Shown here: positions 9,810 through 19,439 of the stretch, piece by piece
Layout: each line of letters opens with the position of its first letter
Position numbering within the stretch: the first letter of the stretch is position 1
Origin: Patescibacteria group bacterium
GTDB taxonomy: Bacteria > Patescibacteriota > Microgenomatia > Levybacterales > UBA12049
Reading direction: 5' to 3'
Assembly: GCA_038064195.1 (NCBI GenBank)
Contig: JBBTTO010000002.1
Location: 466,387-530,386, forward strand
DNA: 64,000 nt
Position numbers and translations under genes: made by a program
Notes under the pieces: model-generated
Databases searched by the model: none
What the model was told of the DNA's origin: nothing
What the model saw: the letters and a program-made list of their open reading frames with translations, nothing else

Positions 9810-10526
9810 ATGAAATTATCAATTATTGTACCGGTCTATAATGAAGAAAAAACGATTAAAGCAGTACTCGAAAGACTAAGCCGGCTTGATTTGGGTAAAA
9901 CCAAAAAAGAAATTATCATCATCAATGACGCCTCATCTGATCTTACCGATAAAGAAATAAAAAAAGTTCTGCCTAAAAATCCTGACTTTGTCTACATCAC
10001 GCATGACGTCAACAAAGGCAAAGGGGCTGCTGTTAATACCGGGATTGCTACATCCAAAGGAGACTATATCATCATTCAGGATGCCGATTTGGAATATGAT
10101 CCGGGGGATATTCCCCGGCTCCTTGAGCCTATTCTTGACGGCCGTGCGAGAGTAGTTTTCGGAACTCGCTTGAAAAGACTCCCCAACTTCAGTCGGGACG
10201 AACGAAATATGCGTTTTTTTATTCAGTATATGGGTAACAAAGGTCTGAGTTTATTGACGAGTATTCTTTACGGGCAGTGGATCACCGACATGGAGACCTG
10301 TTACAAGCTTTTTCCTAAAGACAGTCTAAAAGGCAAAAAAATTCATGCAAAAGGATTTGAATTTGAACCCGAAATTACAGCGCTGCTTATAAAGAGTGGC
10401 TATAAGATCACCGAGCTGCCGATTTCGACTAATCCCCGGGGGTTTGAGGAGGGCAAAAAACTTCGCCCTGTTCATGACGGAGTTAAAGCCTTTATTGCAC
10501 TTTTGAAATTTCGTTTTAAAAATTAA
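9810..10526 (+). CDS. Polyprenol-phosphate sugar synthase, DPM1/Ppm1-like GT2 (soluble, no C-terminal TM)
   Basis: [14 protein letters not shown]...IIINDASSD and [11 protein letters not shown] motifs match dolichol/polyprenol-phosphate mannose synthase-type GT2. It sits directly upstream of two PMT/ArnT-like GT-C genes. Confidence 0.7.
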   Translation: MKLSIIVPVYNEEKTIKAVLERLSRLDLGKTKKEIIIINDASSDLTDKEIKKVLPKNPDFVYITHDVNKGKGAAVNTGIATSKGDYIIIQDADLEYDPGDIPRLLEPILDGRARVVFGTRLKRLPNFSRDERNMRFFIQYMGNKGLSLLTSILYGQWITDMETCYKLFPKDSLKGKKIHAKGFEFEPEITALLIKSGYKITELPISTNPRGFEEGKKLRPVHDGVKAFIALLKFRFKN

Positions 10527-10534
10527 TTTGTATT

Positions 10535-12211
10535 GTGTACAGGCTGATCGATATAATGAAAAAAGCTATTAGGAAGGAATCCCTTCTTTTACTCCTGATT
10601 ATCTCGATTGCGACAGTGCTGCGTTTCTGGCATTTGGGGATTAATCCACCGTCGCTGACCTGGGATGAAGTTGCCTGGGGTTACAATGCGTACTCAATCG
10701 GTATTGACGGCAAAGATGAATTCGGCCGCTTTTTGCCCTACGACTATTTAGAGTCATTCGGGGATTTCAAGCCTCCGCTTTATGCCTATCTGGATGTCCT
10801 CCCGGTAAAAGTTTTCGGACTTAACGAGTTTGCTACCCGCTTCCCATCAAGTCTTTTTGGTGTCCTGAGTGTCCTTGTCACTTATTTTCTGGTTAAGCGT
10901 CTTTTTTACAATTCAAAAAATAAAGAGATGTATGCCTTAGCCGCTACAGGTGTTTTAGCTATCTCTCCCTGGCATATCATGCTCTCGCGTGCTGCGTTTG
11001 AGGCGAATGTGGCATCATTTTTTATAATGACTGGTATCTGGCTATTCTTAGTTGCGGTTGAAGAGCGTCCTTGGCTTCTCCTTCTTAGTGCGATCAGTTT
11101 TGTCTTATCCCTTTATACTTTTAACAGTACACGGATAGTTGCTCCGTTACTTGTGATTTTTCTCGGATTAGTTTTTTACAAAAAATTACTCAACGTTAAA
11201 AAACAGGCAATTGCCGCAGTCATTATCGGACTGTTATTACTGGCTCCGATTCTTGGCTTTCTGCGTTCTCCGCAAGCAGCCTTGCGCTTTCAGGAGGTTA
11301 ATATTTTTACCGACAGCAATATAGTCAAAACTGCCAACAGACAAATTGCCAACGACCATAACGCCTGGTGGTCAAAGATCATTCACAACCGCCGTGTTGG
11401 CTATGCTGAGTCTTTCCTTAAGCATTATTTCGATAATCTCAGCCCAGAATTTTTATTTGTTCACGGCGACGGAAATTTCAAATTTTCAACTCAGAATGTC
11501 GGGCAGCTTTATCTCTGGGAATTACCTTTCTTTATAGCCGGAATTCTTTTCCTGATTAAGAGAAGGGAAGGGTACTGGTGGCTCATCCCTATTTGGCTCC
11601 TTTTAGCGATTATCCCTGCAGCAACGGCTCGTGAGACGCCGCATGCTCTCAGAATTGAGTCATCACTACCTACTTTCCAGATACTGACCGGCTATGGCGC
11701 AAGTCTTTTCCTTTTTTATCTCATATCTTTACCCCGAAAAAAAATAATGCTCAAAAAAGTACTACTCGGAGTTTTTTCTGTTGCAGTTTTGGGTAACATT
11801 ACTTTTTTTCTCCACTCACTTTTTATCCAGTACCCCCGGGAAAGTTCGGGTGAATGGCAGTATGGATATAAGGATGCAATTGCTTATGCCAAATCGGTTG
11901 AGGGGGATTATGATCAGATACGTCTGACCGATGAGTTAGGTCGTCCGTATATATATACGCTTTTTTATCTCAGGATTACACCTCAGGAGTTTCGTTCTAC
12001 ACAACTGGTGACACGGGATAGCTTTGGTTTTGTCCATGTTAACGGCTTTGCTAAGTACCGCTTCGGAAGTGATGAAATCAACAGGAATCCTGAGGAAGGT
12101 AAAAGGACTCTTATTATTGAGATCCCGCGAAAGGTTCCAAGTGGCGTTCGAATTCTTAAGGAATTCCCGTTGTTAAATGGAGATACGGCACTTGAGGCCT
12201 ATACATTTTAA
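10535..12211 (+). CDS. Polytopic GT-C glycosyltransferase, PMT/ArnT (GT39/GT83) family
   Basis: WDEVAWGYNAYSIGIDGKDEFGRFLP motif. Multi-TM. Paralog of 1273 and 12213. The true start could be the second ATG at 10556. Confidence 0.7.
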   Translation: MYRLIDIMKKAIRKESLLLLLIISIATVLRFWHLGINPPSLTWDEVAWGYNAYSIGIDGKDEFGRFLPYDYLESFGDFKPPLYAYLDVLPVKVFGLNEFATRFPSSLFGVLSVLVTYFLVKRLFYNSKNKEMYALAATGVLAISPWHIMLSRAAFEANVASFFIMTGIWLFLVAVEERPWLLLLSAISFVLSLYTFNSTRIVAPLLVIFLGLVFYKKLLNVKKQAIAAVIIGLLLLAPILGFLRSPQAALRFQEVNIFTDSNIVKTANRQIANDHNAWWSKIIHNRRVGYAESFLKHYFDNLSPEFLFVHGDGNFKFSTQNVGQLYLWELPFFIAGILFLIKRREGYWWLIPIWLLLAIIPAATARETPHALRIESSLPTFQILTGYGASLFLFYLISLPRKKIMLKKVLLGVFSVAVLGNITFFLHSLFIQYPRESSGEWQYGYKDAIAYAKSVEGDYDQIRLTDELGRPYIYTLFYLRITPQEFRSTQLVTRDSFGFVHVNGFAKYRFGSDEINRNPEEGKRTLIIEIPRKVPSGVRILKEFPLLNGDTALEAYTF

Positions 12212-12212
12212 T

Positions 12213-13877
12213 ATGCTTAGAAGATATCGACTACTTTTTCTGATCGGGATTATATTTTTTGCAGCTGTTTTACGGTTATACCAGCTGGGAGTTACTCCCG
12301 TGTCGCCTGATTGGGATGAGGTGGCACTCGGATACAACGCTTACTCAATTATCCAGACAGGCAAAGACGAGTACGGAGCCTTTTTGCCGGTCGTTCTCAG
12401 GTCTTACGATGATTACAAGCCTGCACTCTATACCTATCTTGCCATTCCTCCGATTTTCGTCTTTGGCTTGACTGTGTTTGCTACCCGGTTGCCCAGTGCT
12501 ATTTTTGGTATTCTGACGATATTTATCACCTATCTTTTGATCCGAGAGGTATTTAAAAAAGAAAGTTTGGCTCTTATTACGAGTTTTCTGTTGGCGATAT
12601 CTCCCTGGCACATCCAGTTCTCTCGTGTTGCTTTTGAGACCAATATCGGTCTGTCACTGAATATCTTGACTGCCTATTTATTTGTTAAGGGTCTAAAAAA
12701 GCCGTGGGTACTTATACTGAGTGCTTTTTCTGCAGGACTGGCAATTTATGCGTACCAGAGTGAAAAAGTTTTTACTCCGTTGTTTGTTCTGGTACTCGTA
12801 CTTATTTTTGCCCGTCAGCTTTTCAGTTTGCCTAAAAAATACCTGCTGACAGCTGCTATTACCGGAATACTGGTTGTAACACCGATGTTTGTTTATATTA
12901 CTTCTCACAAAGAAGCGCTTCTCAGGGCTCAAGCCACACTTGCTTTCTCAGATCAGACGAGCTTTCTCAAAAACCAGATCAAGCGTGTTAATTATGATCA
13001 CCTCCGTAAAGATTATCTGGGGCTTGTTCTTGATAATCGACGCGTTCTTTTTCTTTTGACAGGGGTGGGGGGCTATCTCTCTCATTATGATCTCAACTGG
13101 CTATTTTTTAAAGGCGATTTGACCAGACATCATGCACCGGGTATGGGGCTGATGTATCTCTGGGAGCTCCCGTTTTTGCTTATCGGTCTCTATGCATTGT
13201 TTTTTTCCAGGCTCGAATCCAAGGAGAAGAGAGGGAAGTATCTTTTCTTTGCCTGGTTTTTGTTGGCCCCTGTCCCCGCAGCTTTTACCAGTGACCTTCC
13301 GCATGCGGTCAGGACTCTGAACTTCCTTCCGACATTTCAACTCTTTACTGCCTGGGGTATTTTATCTGCAGTACAAATGATCAGGGTATATAAAGAAAGA
13401 AAAGGGACTATATTTTCAAAATTATTCCCCGTTTTTGTTCTTTGCTTTTTGTTCTTTGCGGTTGGCAACTTTGCTTATTATCTTAATCAATATTTTGTGC
13501 AGCAAAATTATTTTTATTCGAGAGATTGGCAATACGGCTACGCTGATACGGTTGACTATATCAAGAAAGTTGATGCTGATTATGACAAAATTGTCGTGAG
13601 TAATAAGCAGCCACTTGATGATTCGTATATGTTCTTTTTATTTTATCTCAAATATCCGCCCGAAAAATATCAACGTGAGTCTCTTTCCAAATCAGGCGGA
13701 TATGATATACGACATAGCTTCGGTAAATTTGAATTCCGGCCTGTGCACTGGGATACAGAAGTAAAAAAGGATACTATTTTGTATGTTGAAGGAGTTTCTG
13801 AGTATGGGGGAGGAAATATAGTCAAACCGGTTGATTTCCTTGACGGCACTCCGGCCATCAAAATAGTACAAGGATGA
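12213..13877 (+). CDS. Polytopic GT-C glycosyltransferase, PMT/ArnT family, tandem paralog
   Basis: WDEVALGYNAYSIIQTGKDEYGAFLP motif. I placed the start at the first ATG, 1 nt after the upstream stop; the ORF-track TTG extension at 12177 overlaps the upstream gene. Confidence 0.7.
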   Translation: MLRRYRLLFLIGIIFFAAVLRLYQLGVTPVSPDWDEVALGYNAYSIIQTGKDEYGAFLPVVLRSYDDYKPALYTYLAIPPIFVFGLTVFATRLPSAIFGILTIFITYLLIREVFKKESLALITSFLLAISPWHIQFSRVAFETNIGLSLNILTAYLFVKGLKKPWVLILSAFSAGLAIYAYQSEKVFTPLFVLVLVLIFARQLFSLPKKYLLTAAITGILVVTPMFVYITSHKEALLRAQATLAFSDQTSFLKNQIKRVNYDHLRKDYLGLVLDNRRVLFLLTGVGGYLSHYDLNWLFFKGDLTRHHAPGMGLMYLWELPFLLIGLYALFFSRLESKEKRGKYLFFAWFLLAPVPAAFTSDLPHAVRTLNFLPTFQLFTAWGILSAVQMIRVYKERKGTIFSKLFPVFVLCFLFFAVGNFAYYLNQYFVQQNYFYSRDWQYGYADTVDYIKKVDADYDKIVVSNKQPLDDSYMFFLFYLKYPPEKYQRESLSKSGGYDIRHSFGKFEFRPVHWDTEVKKDTILYVEGVSEYGGGNIVKPVDFLDGTPAIKIVQG

Positions 13878-15514
13878 AAAAAAACGTCTGGCTCATTGCT
13901 CTTATTCTTTTGTCTCTCCTGCCGCTTTTCCCGTTAATTCATCCCGGGCTGCCGGTTACTCATGACGGGAAAGATCATGTAGCGCGTATTGCCAACTTTT
14001 TTCAAAATCTGCAGGAGGGAGTTCTGATACCTCGTTGGGCTGGCAATCTCAACTGGGGATACGGGCACCCTGTGCTGATGTTTTTGTATCCGCTTCCCTC
14101 ATATATTGCCTCATTTTTTAGAGTACTCGGATTTTCTTTCATTGATAGTACCAAGCTCGTTTTTGCAAGCTCGTATGTCCTCAGCGGTATCACGATGTAT
14201 ATCTGGCTTAAAAGCTTTCTTAGGCGGGAGTCAGCTTTTCTGGGGAGTATACTTTATCTGTTTGCATCATATCGTTTTATTGATCTCTACGTCAGAGGTG
14301 CACTTGGTGAACATGTTGCTTTCATATTTCCGCCACTCATTTGTTATTTCCTTTATCACATGACCACAAAGCGTATGAGCAAATACGCTCTTTTTGCCGG
14401 CATCTCAATAGCCGGACTGATTTTGGCGCATGATGCGATCAGTATTATCTTTTTACCCTTTATTGTTATCTATGCGTGTTTTTTGGTCTTTTTACAAAAT
14501 AAAAAAAAGAAAGCAGCTATTGAGGCTGCATCAAGTGTAGTTTTGGGTTTTGTCCTCTCCGGCTTTTTCTGGATACCTGCGTTTTTTGAAGGCAAATACA
14601 CACTTCGTGATATTGTTGCATCTCACGACTTCTCACATTCCTTATTTTCACTTAGCAAATATATTTACAGTCCCTGGAGTTTTGGTATTTCAGGACAGTT
14701 CAGCCTGCAAATCGGTATTATTCAATGGGTGATCGTGTTGCTGACTAGCAGTTTGATGATAATCTATCGGAAGAAAATTCAGAAAAAAGACAGGCTTCTT
14801 TTGTCTGTTCTTATTGTTTTTTTTATTCTTACAGTCGGTATTATGACGCCGGTCTCACAACCGTTCTGGGATCACGTTAGTTTGATTCAAAAATTCCAGT
14901 TCCCCTGGAGATTTCTGTCTCTTGCCGTTTTTATAACAAGTGTGATCGCAGCTGTTGCATCAAATCTTCTTCCGGACAAATTCAGGAAAGCTACCGTTAT
15001 ACTTGCTGTAATTTCGGTAATGGTGACGATTCCTTATTGGAAGGTGAACGGTTATTATATGCGGCCCGACAGTTTTTTTTCAGGAATTTATGCCGGGACA
15101 ACCGATACGGGTGAAAGCTCGCCACGATGGTCGGTTCGCTTCATGGAGCAACAACCTCAAAGCCATCTTGAGTTTATCAGCGGTAAAGGCAGGATTGAAG
15201 AACGAGAACATATGTCGACTTTTCATCATTACACGGTTGAGGCAGGAACTCAGGTGCAACTACGTGAAAACACGGTTTATTTTCCCGGCTGGAGAGTTTT
15301 GCTTAACAACTCACCCTTTCCTGTCGAGTTTCAAGACACACATAATAGAGGTGTTATGACTTTCACCATACCGGCAGGGAAGCATGATGTAGTAGTTGCT
15401 TTTGCTGAAACAAAGCTGCGCTTCCTGGCAGATGCTATCAGTCTTTTTGGATTGCTCATCCTGGCTATCTCATTTATACTAATGAGGACCACATTATGGA
15501 AACGATTTCAGTAG
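13874..15514 (+). CDS. Polytopic membrane protein, YfhO/PTPS-related-like putative GT-C
   Basis: N-terminal loop THDGKDHVARIANF has an HD..H..R pattern that I recall from YfhO/PTPS-related membrane proteins. About 12 helices plus a C-terminal soluble domain. Family assignment is tentative. Confidence 0.45.
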   Translation: MKKNVWLIALILLSLLPLFPLIHPGLPVTHDGKDHVARIANFFQNLQEGVLIPRWAGNLNWGYGHPVLMFLYPLPSYIASFFRVLGFSFIDSTKLVFASSYVLSGITMYIWLKSFLRRESAFLGSILYLFASYRFIDLYVRGALGEHVAFIFPPLICYFLYHMTTKRMSKYALFAGISIAGLILAHDAISIIFLPFIVIYACFLVFLQNKKKKAAIEAASSVVLGFVLSGFFWIPAFFEGKYTLRDIVASHDFSHSLFSLSKYIYSPWSFGISGQFSLQIGIIQWVIVLLTSSLMIIYRKKIQKKDRLLLSVLIVFFILTVGIMTPVSQPFWDHVSLIQKFQFPWRFLSLAVFITSVIAAVASNLLPDKFRKATVILAVISVMVTIPYWKVNGYYMRPDSFFSGIYAGTTDTGESSPRWSVRFMEQQPQSHLEFISGKGRIEEREHMSTFHHYTVEAGTQVQLRENTVYFPGWRVLLNNSPFPVEFQDTHNRGVMTFTIPAGKHDVVVAFAETKLRFLADAISLFGLLILAISFILMRTTLWKRFQ

Positions 15515-16272
15515 TCCTTGCGACATTTAATGAAGAAAAGAATTTAGCTGCTTGTCTTGAGTCTGTCAAAGATTTAGCTCAGGAGATTATCATCGTTGAC
15601 GGTACGTCAAAAGACAGGACAGTTGAAATAGCAAAAAGTTTTGGAGCTAAAGTCTTAGTCACCACCAATCCGCCTATTTTTCATATTAATAAGCAAAAAG
15701 CCATCGATATGGCCACCAAGGACTGGGTCCTGCAGCTTGATGCCGATGAGCGGGTTAGTCCGGAGCTTGCAAAAGAAATAAGGGAAGTTATCTCCAAAGA
15801 TCCACCATCCAAGACCGACGAACCAATTAATGGGTACTGGTTACCCCGCAAGAATTTTTTCCTCGGGCGCTTCCTCATGAAAGGCGGACAATATCCTGAC
15901 TATACCCTCAGGCTCTATCGCAAGGGCACAGGCCGCCTCCCACAGAAAGATGTTCATGAACAAGCTAGAGTTGAGGGCAAGGTAGGATATCTGACTCATC
16001 CGCTTACCCATATTGCAGATCCTGAGTTCGGGAGGTATCTGATGCGTTTTAAGAGATACACTAATTTACTGGCAGATGAATACGTGGATAAAAAAATCGG
16101 CAAAAATCCCTATACATTTAGCAAATATATGCTGGTAATGCCAACTTACTGGTTCATTCTTCAATACGGAAGGCATAAGGGATTTATGGATTCGTGGCAG
16201 GGCTTTGTTTTCTCACTTTTCTCCTCCCTTCGTTTTCCTGTCAGCTATCTTAAGTATTTGGGGAGGAAATAA
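15496..16272 (+). CDS. Small GT2 glycosyltransferase, paralog of 548..1306
   Basis: ISVVLATFNEEKNLAACLESV...IIIVDGTSKDRT and LDADER motifs. Aligns along its length with 548..1306. Confidence 0.8.
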   Translation: METISVVLATFNEEKNLAACLESVKDLAQEIIIVDGTSKDRTVEIAKSFGAKVLVTTNPPIFHINKQKAIDMATKDWVLQLDADERVSPELAKEIREVISKDPPSKTDEPINGYWLPRKNFFLGRFLMKGGQYPDYTLRLYRKGTGRLPQKDVHEQARVEGKVGYLTHPLTHIADPEFGRYLMRFKRYTNLLADEYVDKKIGKNPYTFSKYMLVMPTYWFILQYGRHKGFMDSWQGFVFSLFSSLRFPVSYLKYLGRK

Positions 16273-16367
16273 CTATAAAAAAAATTGCGTCTGTTACCTC
16301 CGATACCCGTTTTTTAGCAGTTCTGAGTCTGTTACTTCTCAGTATTCCGTTTCTTATAGCATCATTC

Positions 16368-17816
16368 ATGGTTCTCTCAGGGAGTATCCCTTTTTGGTAC
16401 GATCCGGCCCGCGATTTTTTACTCGCCTGGGATAATCTCTCCAAGCTGACTCTTATCGGCCCGACGACGGGAATCCCCGGAGTATTTTACGGTCCGTACT
16501 GGGTCTGGTTTATAAGTCTTGGCCTGCTTGTCAGTAGAGACCCGCGGGTTCCGATTATGCTCGTCCAGACTATTCCCCTTACGCTCATTATTCCTTTTTT
16601 CTTCATGCGCCAAAAAGAGTTTTCCAGACTGTCTCTTCTTTCAGTATGGCTTCTTTTCATGGTCGGATACGGTATCAACTATGCTGCCATGCCGTGGAAT
16701 CCGCAGATTGCTCCTGTTTTTCTTATCCTGTTATTTTTTATTATTGCCCGGACAGAAGTTGCATCTTCCGGCCGTAGTCTGTACAAAAATGGGCTTTTGC
16801 TGGGAATATGTCTTGGCCTTTTAATGAATGTTCATATCTCCTTCGGGCTTGCGACTGTTTTGGGTACGGCTCTTTATTTTCTGTTATGTTTTGTCTTAAC
16901 AGATACGCGACTCAAAAAAAGATCTCTTTTATGGCAAAGCCTTAAAAAACAAGCGTTATTCGGTACATGTGCCATAGGTGCTTTTTTGTTGACTTTTGCT
17001 CCTTTTTTCTTATTTGAGATTCGTCATAATTTTCTTCAGACAAAAAGTATAGTTGCAGCACTATTGAGTGATCACGCTGTGGTTGGGGTTAAAGGTCTAA
17101 CAAAGCCCGATATTCTCAATCAGTTTATTGACAGATTAGCTGAATTTTTATCGCTTCCGCACGCGATCGCAATAGGTGTGGTTTTGCTACTTGGGATCGT
17201 CTTTATCAAACGGGGTAAAAAACAGACGTTTTTTTCTCAAGGGGGAAAGAGGATATTTTTTTATGCTTTGTCCATTCTTGCAAGTATTTTTACAATTTAT
17301 TTAACTTCCAAAAATCCTATCTGGGCATATCATTTTATCGGTGTGGATGTCCTTTTTATGTTTATAGTCCTGGTGCTTATAGATAAAAGTAAGATTGCAC
17401 GCTGGCTGTTTTTTATATGGATGATCTATGTGCTGGGAACGTTTGCCCTCACTTTTGCCTCCGGACTCAATCGGGATGTGCTCCGTCTTATTGATCTAAA
17501 ATCAAAAGAAGTTATTACCCAAATGATCCGTGATGATGCAGGGGCAAGAGAGTATACTGTCTTTCCGTACAATCCCGCTATTTATTCATACGAATATGCC
17601 TACCTTTTTCGCAGTCTCGCTCATAAAGAGGTGTCCTATGATCCCGGTCAGACACCAATTGGGAGTAAGCTTTCGTATGTCCTCGTTTCCTCGCTTTCTG
17701 ATCCTCTTCAGCAAGACTTCATTAACTTTAGAACGAATAATAAAATATATAGTACAACGAAGACATGGGTACGACCCGATGGTACCATTATTCTCAGACG
17801 TGAAATAAAACCATGA
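16368..17816 (+). CDS. Polytopic membrane protein, putative GT-C-type
   Basis: 482 aa and highly hydrophobic. No soluble catalytic domain recognised. The in-frame upstream peptide is also hydrophobic, so the start is uncertain. Confidence 0.4.
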   Translation: MVLSGSIPFWYDPARDFLLAWDNLSKLTLIGPTTGIPGVFYGPYWVWFISLGLLVSRDPRVPIMLVQTIPLTLIIPFFFMRQKEFSRLSLLSVWLLFMVGYGINYAAMPWNPQIAPVFLILLFFIIARTEVASSGRSLYKNGLLLGICLGLLMNVHISFGLATVLGTALYFLLCFVLTDTRLKKRSLLWQSLKKQALFGTCAIGAFLLTFAPFFLFEIRHNFLQTKSIVAALLSDHAVVGVKGLTKPDILNQFIDRLAEFLSLPHAIAIGVVLLLGIVFIKRGKKQTFFSQGGKRIFFYALSILASIFTIYLTSKNPIWAYHFIGVDVLFMFIVLVLIDKSKIARWLFFIWMIYVLGTFALTFASGLNRDVLRLIDLKSKEVITQMIRDDAGAREYTVFPYNPAIYSYEYAYLFRSLAHKEVSYDPGQTPIGSKLSYVLVSSLSDPLQQDFINFRTNNKIYSTTKTWVRPDGTIILRREIKP

Positions 17817-19411
17817 AACATTCTGCTATAACTTTCCTTAGCAACAAATGTAAAGACAGGTGGTTTTTGTCTTTACTTGTTGTTTTTGTTATTGCTGCAT
17901 GTATTCGTTTGTATGCACTGCCTTTATATATCAGTATCGGCGGAGACGATGCGCGGGATATAGCGATAGCCAAAGAGTCAATCCGTCTCCATAGCCTTCC
18001 TCGATTCGGCTCCTTCAGTTCGGCAGGGCCATTTGTTTTCGGACCTCTTTTTTATTGGGTGTTGATTCTCAGTTACATTATTTTACCGTTTACGCTTTTT
18101 GCTCCGTGGATACTGACTATCCTTGCCAGTCTATTCACGGTGATTATTATGATGGTCATCGGTAAAAAACTCGGGGGGACAGGACTTGGCATAACTCTTG
18201 GAGTCTTAACGGCTTTTTCTCCTCAGTTGATCACGCGATCAGTAGTTGTCGGACAGCATACGTATGTCGGAGTCTTTACCGCTCTTGTCATTCTCTTCTT
18301 GATTCTTCTTTGGCAAAAGCCCTCCAAGCTCTATTCTTTTCTCCTTGGAGTTATGATCGGAGTTGCTATAAATATGCATTACCAAGCTCTTAATCTTTTT
18401 GTCGTTATTCCTTTTGTGTTTTTTATCCCGAGGGTAGCGTTTACAAAGAAAATTATTTTTGTTGCCTTACTCGTCATAGGCATTGTAATTCCGTCAGTAC
18501 CACTTCTTACATGGGATGCGCGTCAGCAGTTTGCTAATATGCGTAATATTCTTGACTACTTTCTGATTGCTCAGTACAGGATATATGTTCCCAATAGTTG
18601 GAAAATTTTTCTGTTTTCGTTCCTTCCCAATTTTTGGTCATATGTCAGCGGCGGATGGTATGGCTTAGGTTTAACTGCCATGGCTATAGCGGGAATCGGC
18701 GCATTGTTACATGTCAAAAAAAATGCTTTACGGTTGACTACCTGTCTTTATATAATTGTTGTGGTTTTTCTCCTCATCAACAGATACTACAAAGGCGAAC
18801 GATCAGAGGGATACTTACTCTATGTGACTCCTTTTATCCTGATCATTACCGGTATAGGGATACTGGAGATCTCATCTTTCATAGCCGGTTTTTTTAGAAA
18901 AAAGCCTATATCCCGTTATATTCAGTATGGCATGATTACTTTTTTCCTTGTTGTTTTTATGACCGGTAGTTTGTCGCGGACTCTCGCACCTCTTAAAGGA
19001 CACCATGCCCTATCAGATATCAAAAAGACCGTTACCGCTCTCAAAAACGCCAGACCGGGTAAAACATTCGCTCTCTACGGTCAGCATTTTAATAATTATA
19101 ATCAAACGACAGCCATGAGCGCCTTTATGGCACAGGAGCATCTTGAAGATACTCTGGGAATTCCGATCGGTATGTTTTGTCCGGGGGCCTATAAAAAAAA
19201 TAAGTTTCCGGTAATCACGAGTACTGTCGAAAATTGTAAAATAGATGATTTGTCAAAATTGAACAATTCAGCGCTCAAAAAAGACGGTTGGGTACTTATC
19301 AGCCAACAGAGCCTTTATGATGATCTTATCAGTCACTGGGAGACAAATCGTCTAACCTCAACATTCTCGTTCGTCGATTTTGTAAAGTCACGTCTCACAC
19401 ATAGTCAGTGA
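17813..19411 (+). CDS. Polytopic membrane protein, putative GT-C (PMT_2-like)
   Basis: 532 aa. N-terminal loop GGDDARDIAIAKE follows the first helix. Many helices. ATGA overlap with the upstream gene. Confidence 0.4.
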   Translation: MKHSAITFLSNKCKDRWFLSLLVVFVIAACIRLYALPLYISIGGDDARDIAIAKESIRLHSLPRFGSFSSAGPFVFGPLFYWVLILSYIILPFTLFAPWILTILASLFTVIIMMVIGKKLGGTGLGITLGVLTAFSPQLITRSVVVGQHTYVGVFTALVILFLILLWQKPSKLYSFLLGVMIGVAINMHYQALNLFVVIPFVFFIPRVAFTKKIIFVALLVIGIVIPSVPLLTWDARQQFANMRNILDYFLIAQYRIYVPNSWKIFLFSFLPNFWSYVSGGWYGLGLTAMAIAGIGALLHVKKNALRLTTCLYIIVVVFLLINRYYKGERSEGYLLYVTPFILIITGIGILEISSFIAGFFRKKPISRYIQYGMITFFLVVFMTGSLSRTLAPLKGHHALSDIKKTVTALKNARPGKTFALYGQHFNNYNQTTAMSAFMAQEHLEDTLGIPIGMFCPGAYKKNKFPVITSTVENCKIDDLSKLNNSALKKDGWVLISQQSLYDDLISHWETNRLTSTFSFVDFVKSRLTHSQ

Positions 19412-19421
19412 GAAAGTTTTT

Positions 19422-19430
19422 TGTTACAAT
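19422..19430 (+). promoter_or_regulatory. Extended −10 TGTTACAAT, 9 nt upstream of the galE ATG
   Basis: TGnTACAAT in a 28-nt gap. The implied 5' UTR is about 3 nt. Confidence 0.35.
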
Positions 19431-19439
19431 GGGACTACG

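Noticed and set aside
12177-12212. ORF-track N-terminal extensions of several genes, with starts at 12177, 21485, 23456, 38005, 43228, 50341 and 54392
   Set aside because: These use TTG, GTG or early ATG codons that overlap the preceding gene by 25–100 nt. At 54392 the supposed start coincides with a −35 hexamer. A canonical ATG sits right after, or overlaps, the upstream stop in every case, consistent with the compact ATGA-coupled style of the locus, so I used the downstream starts.
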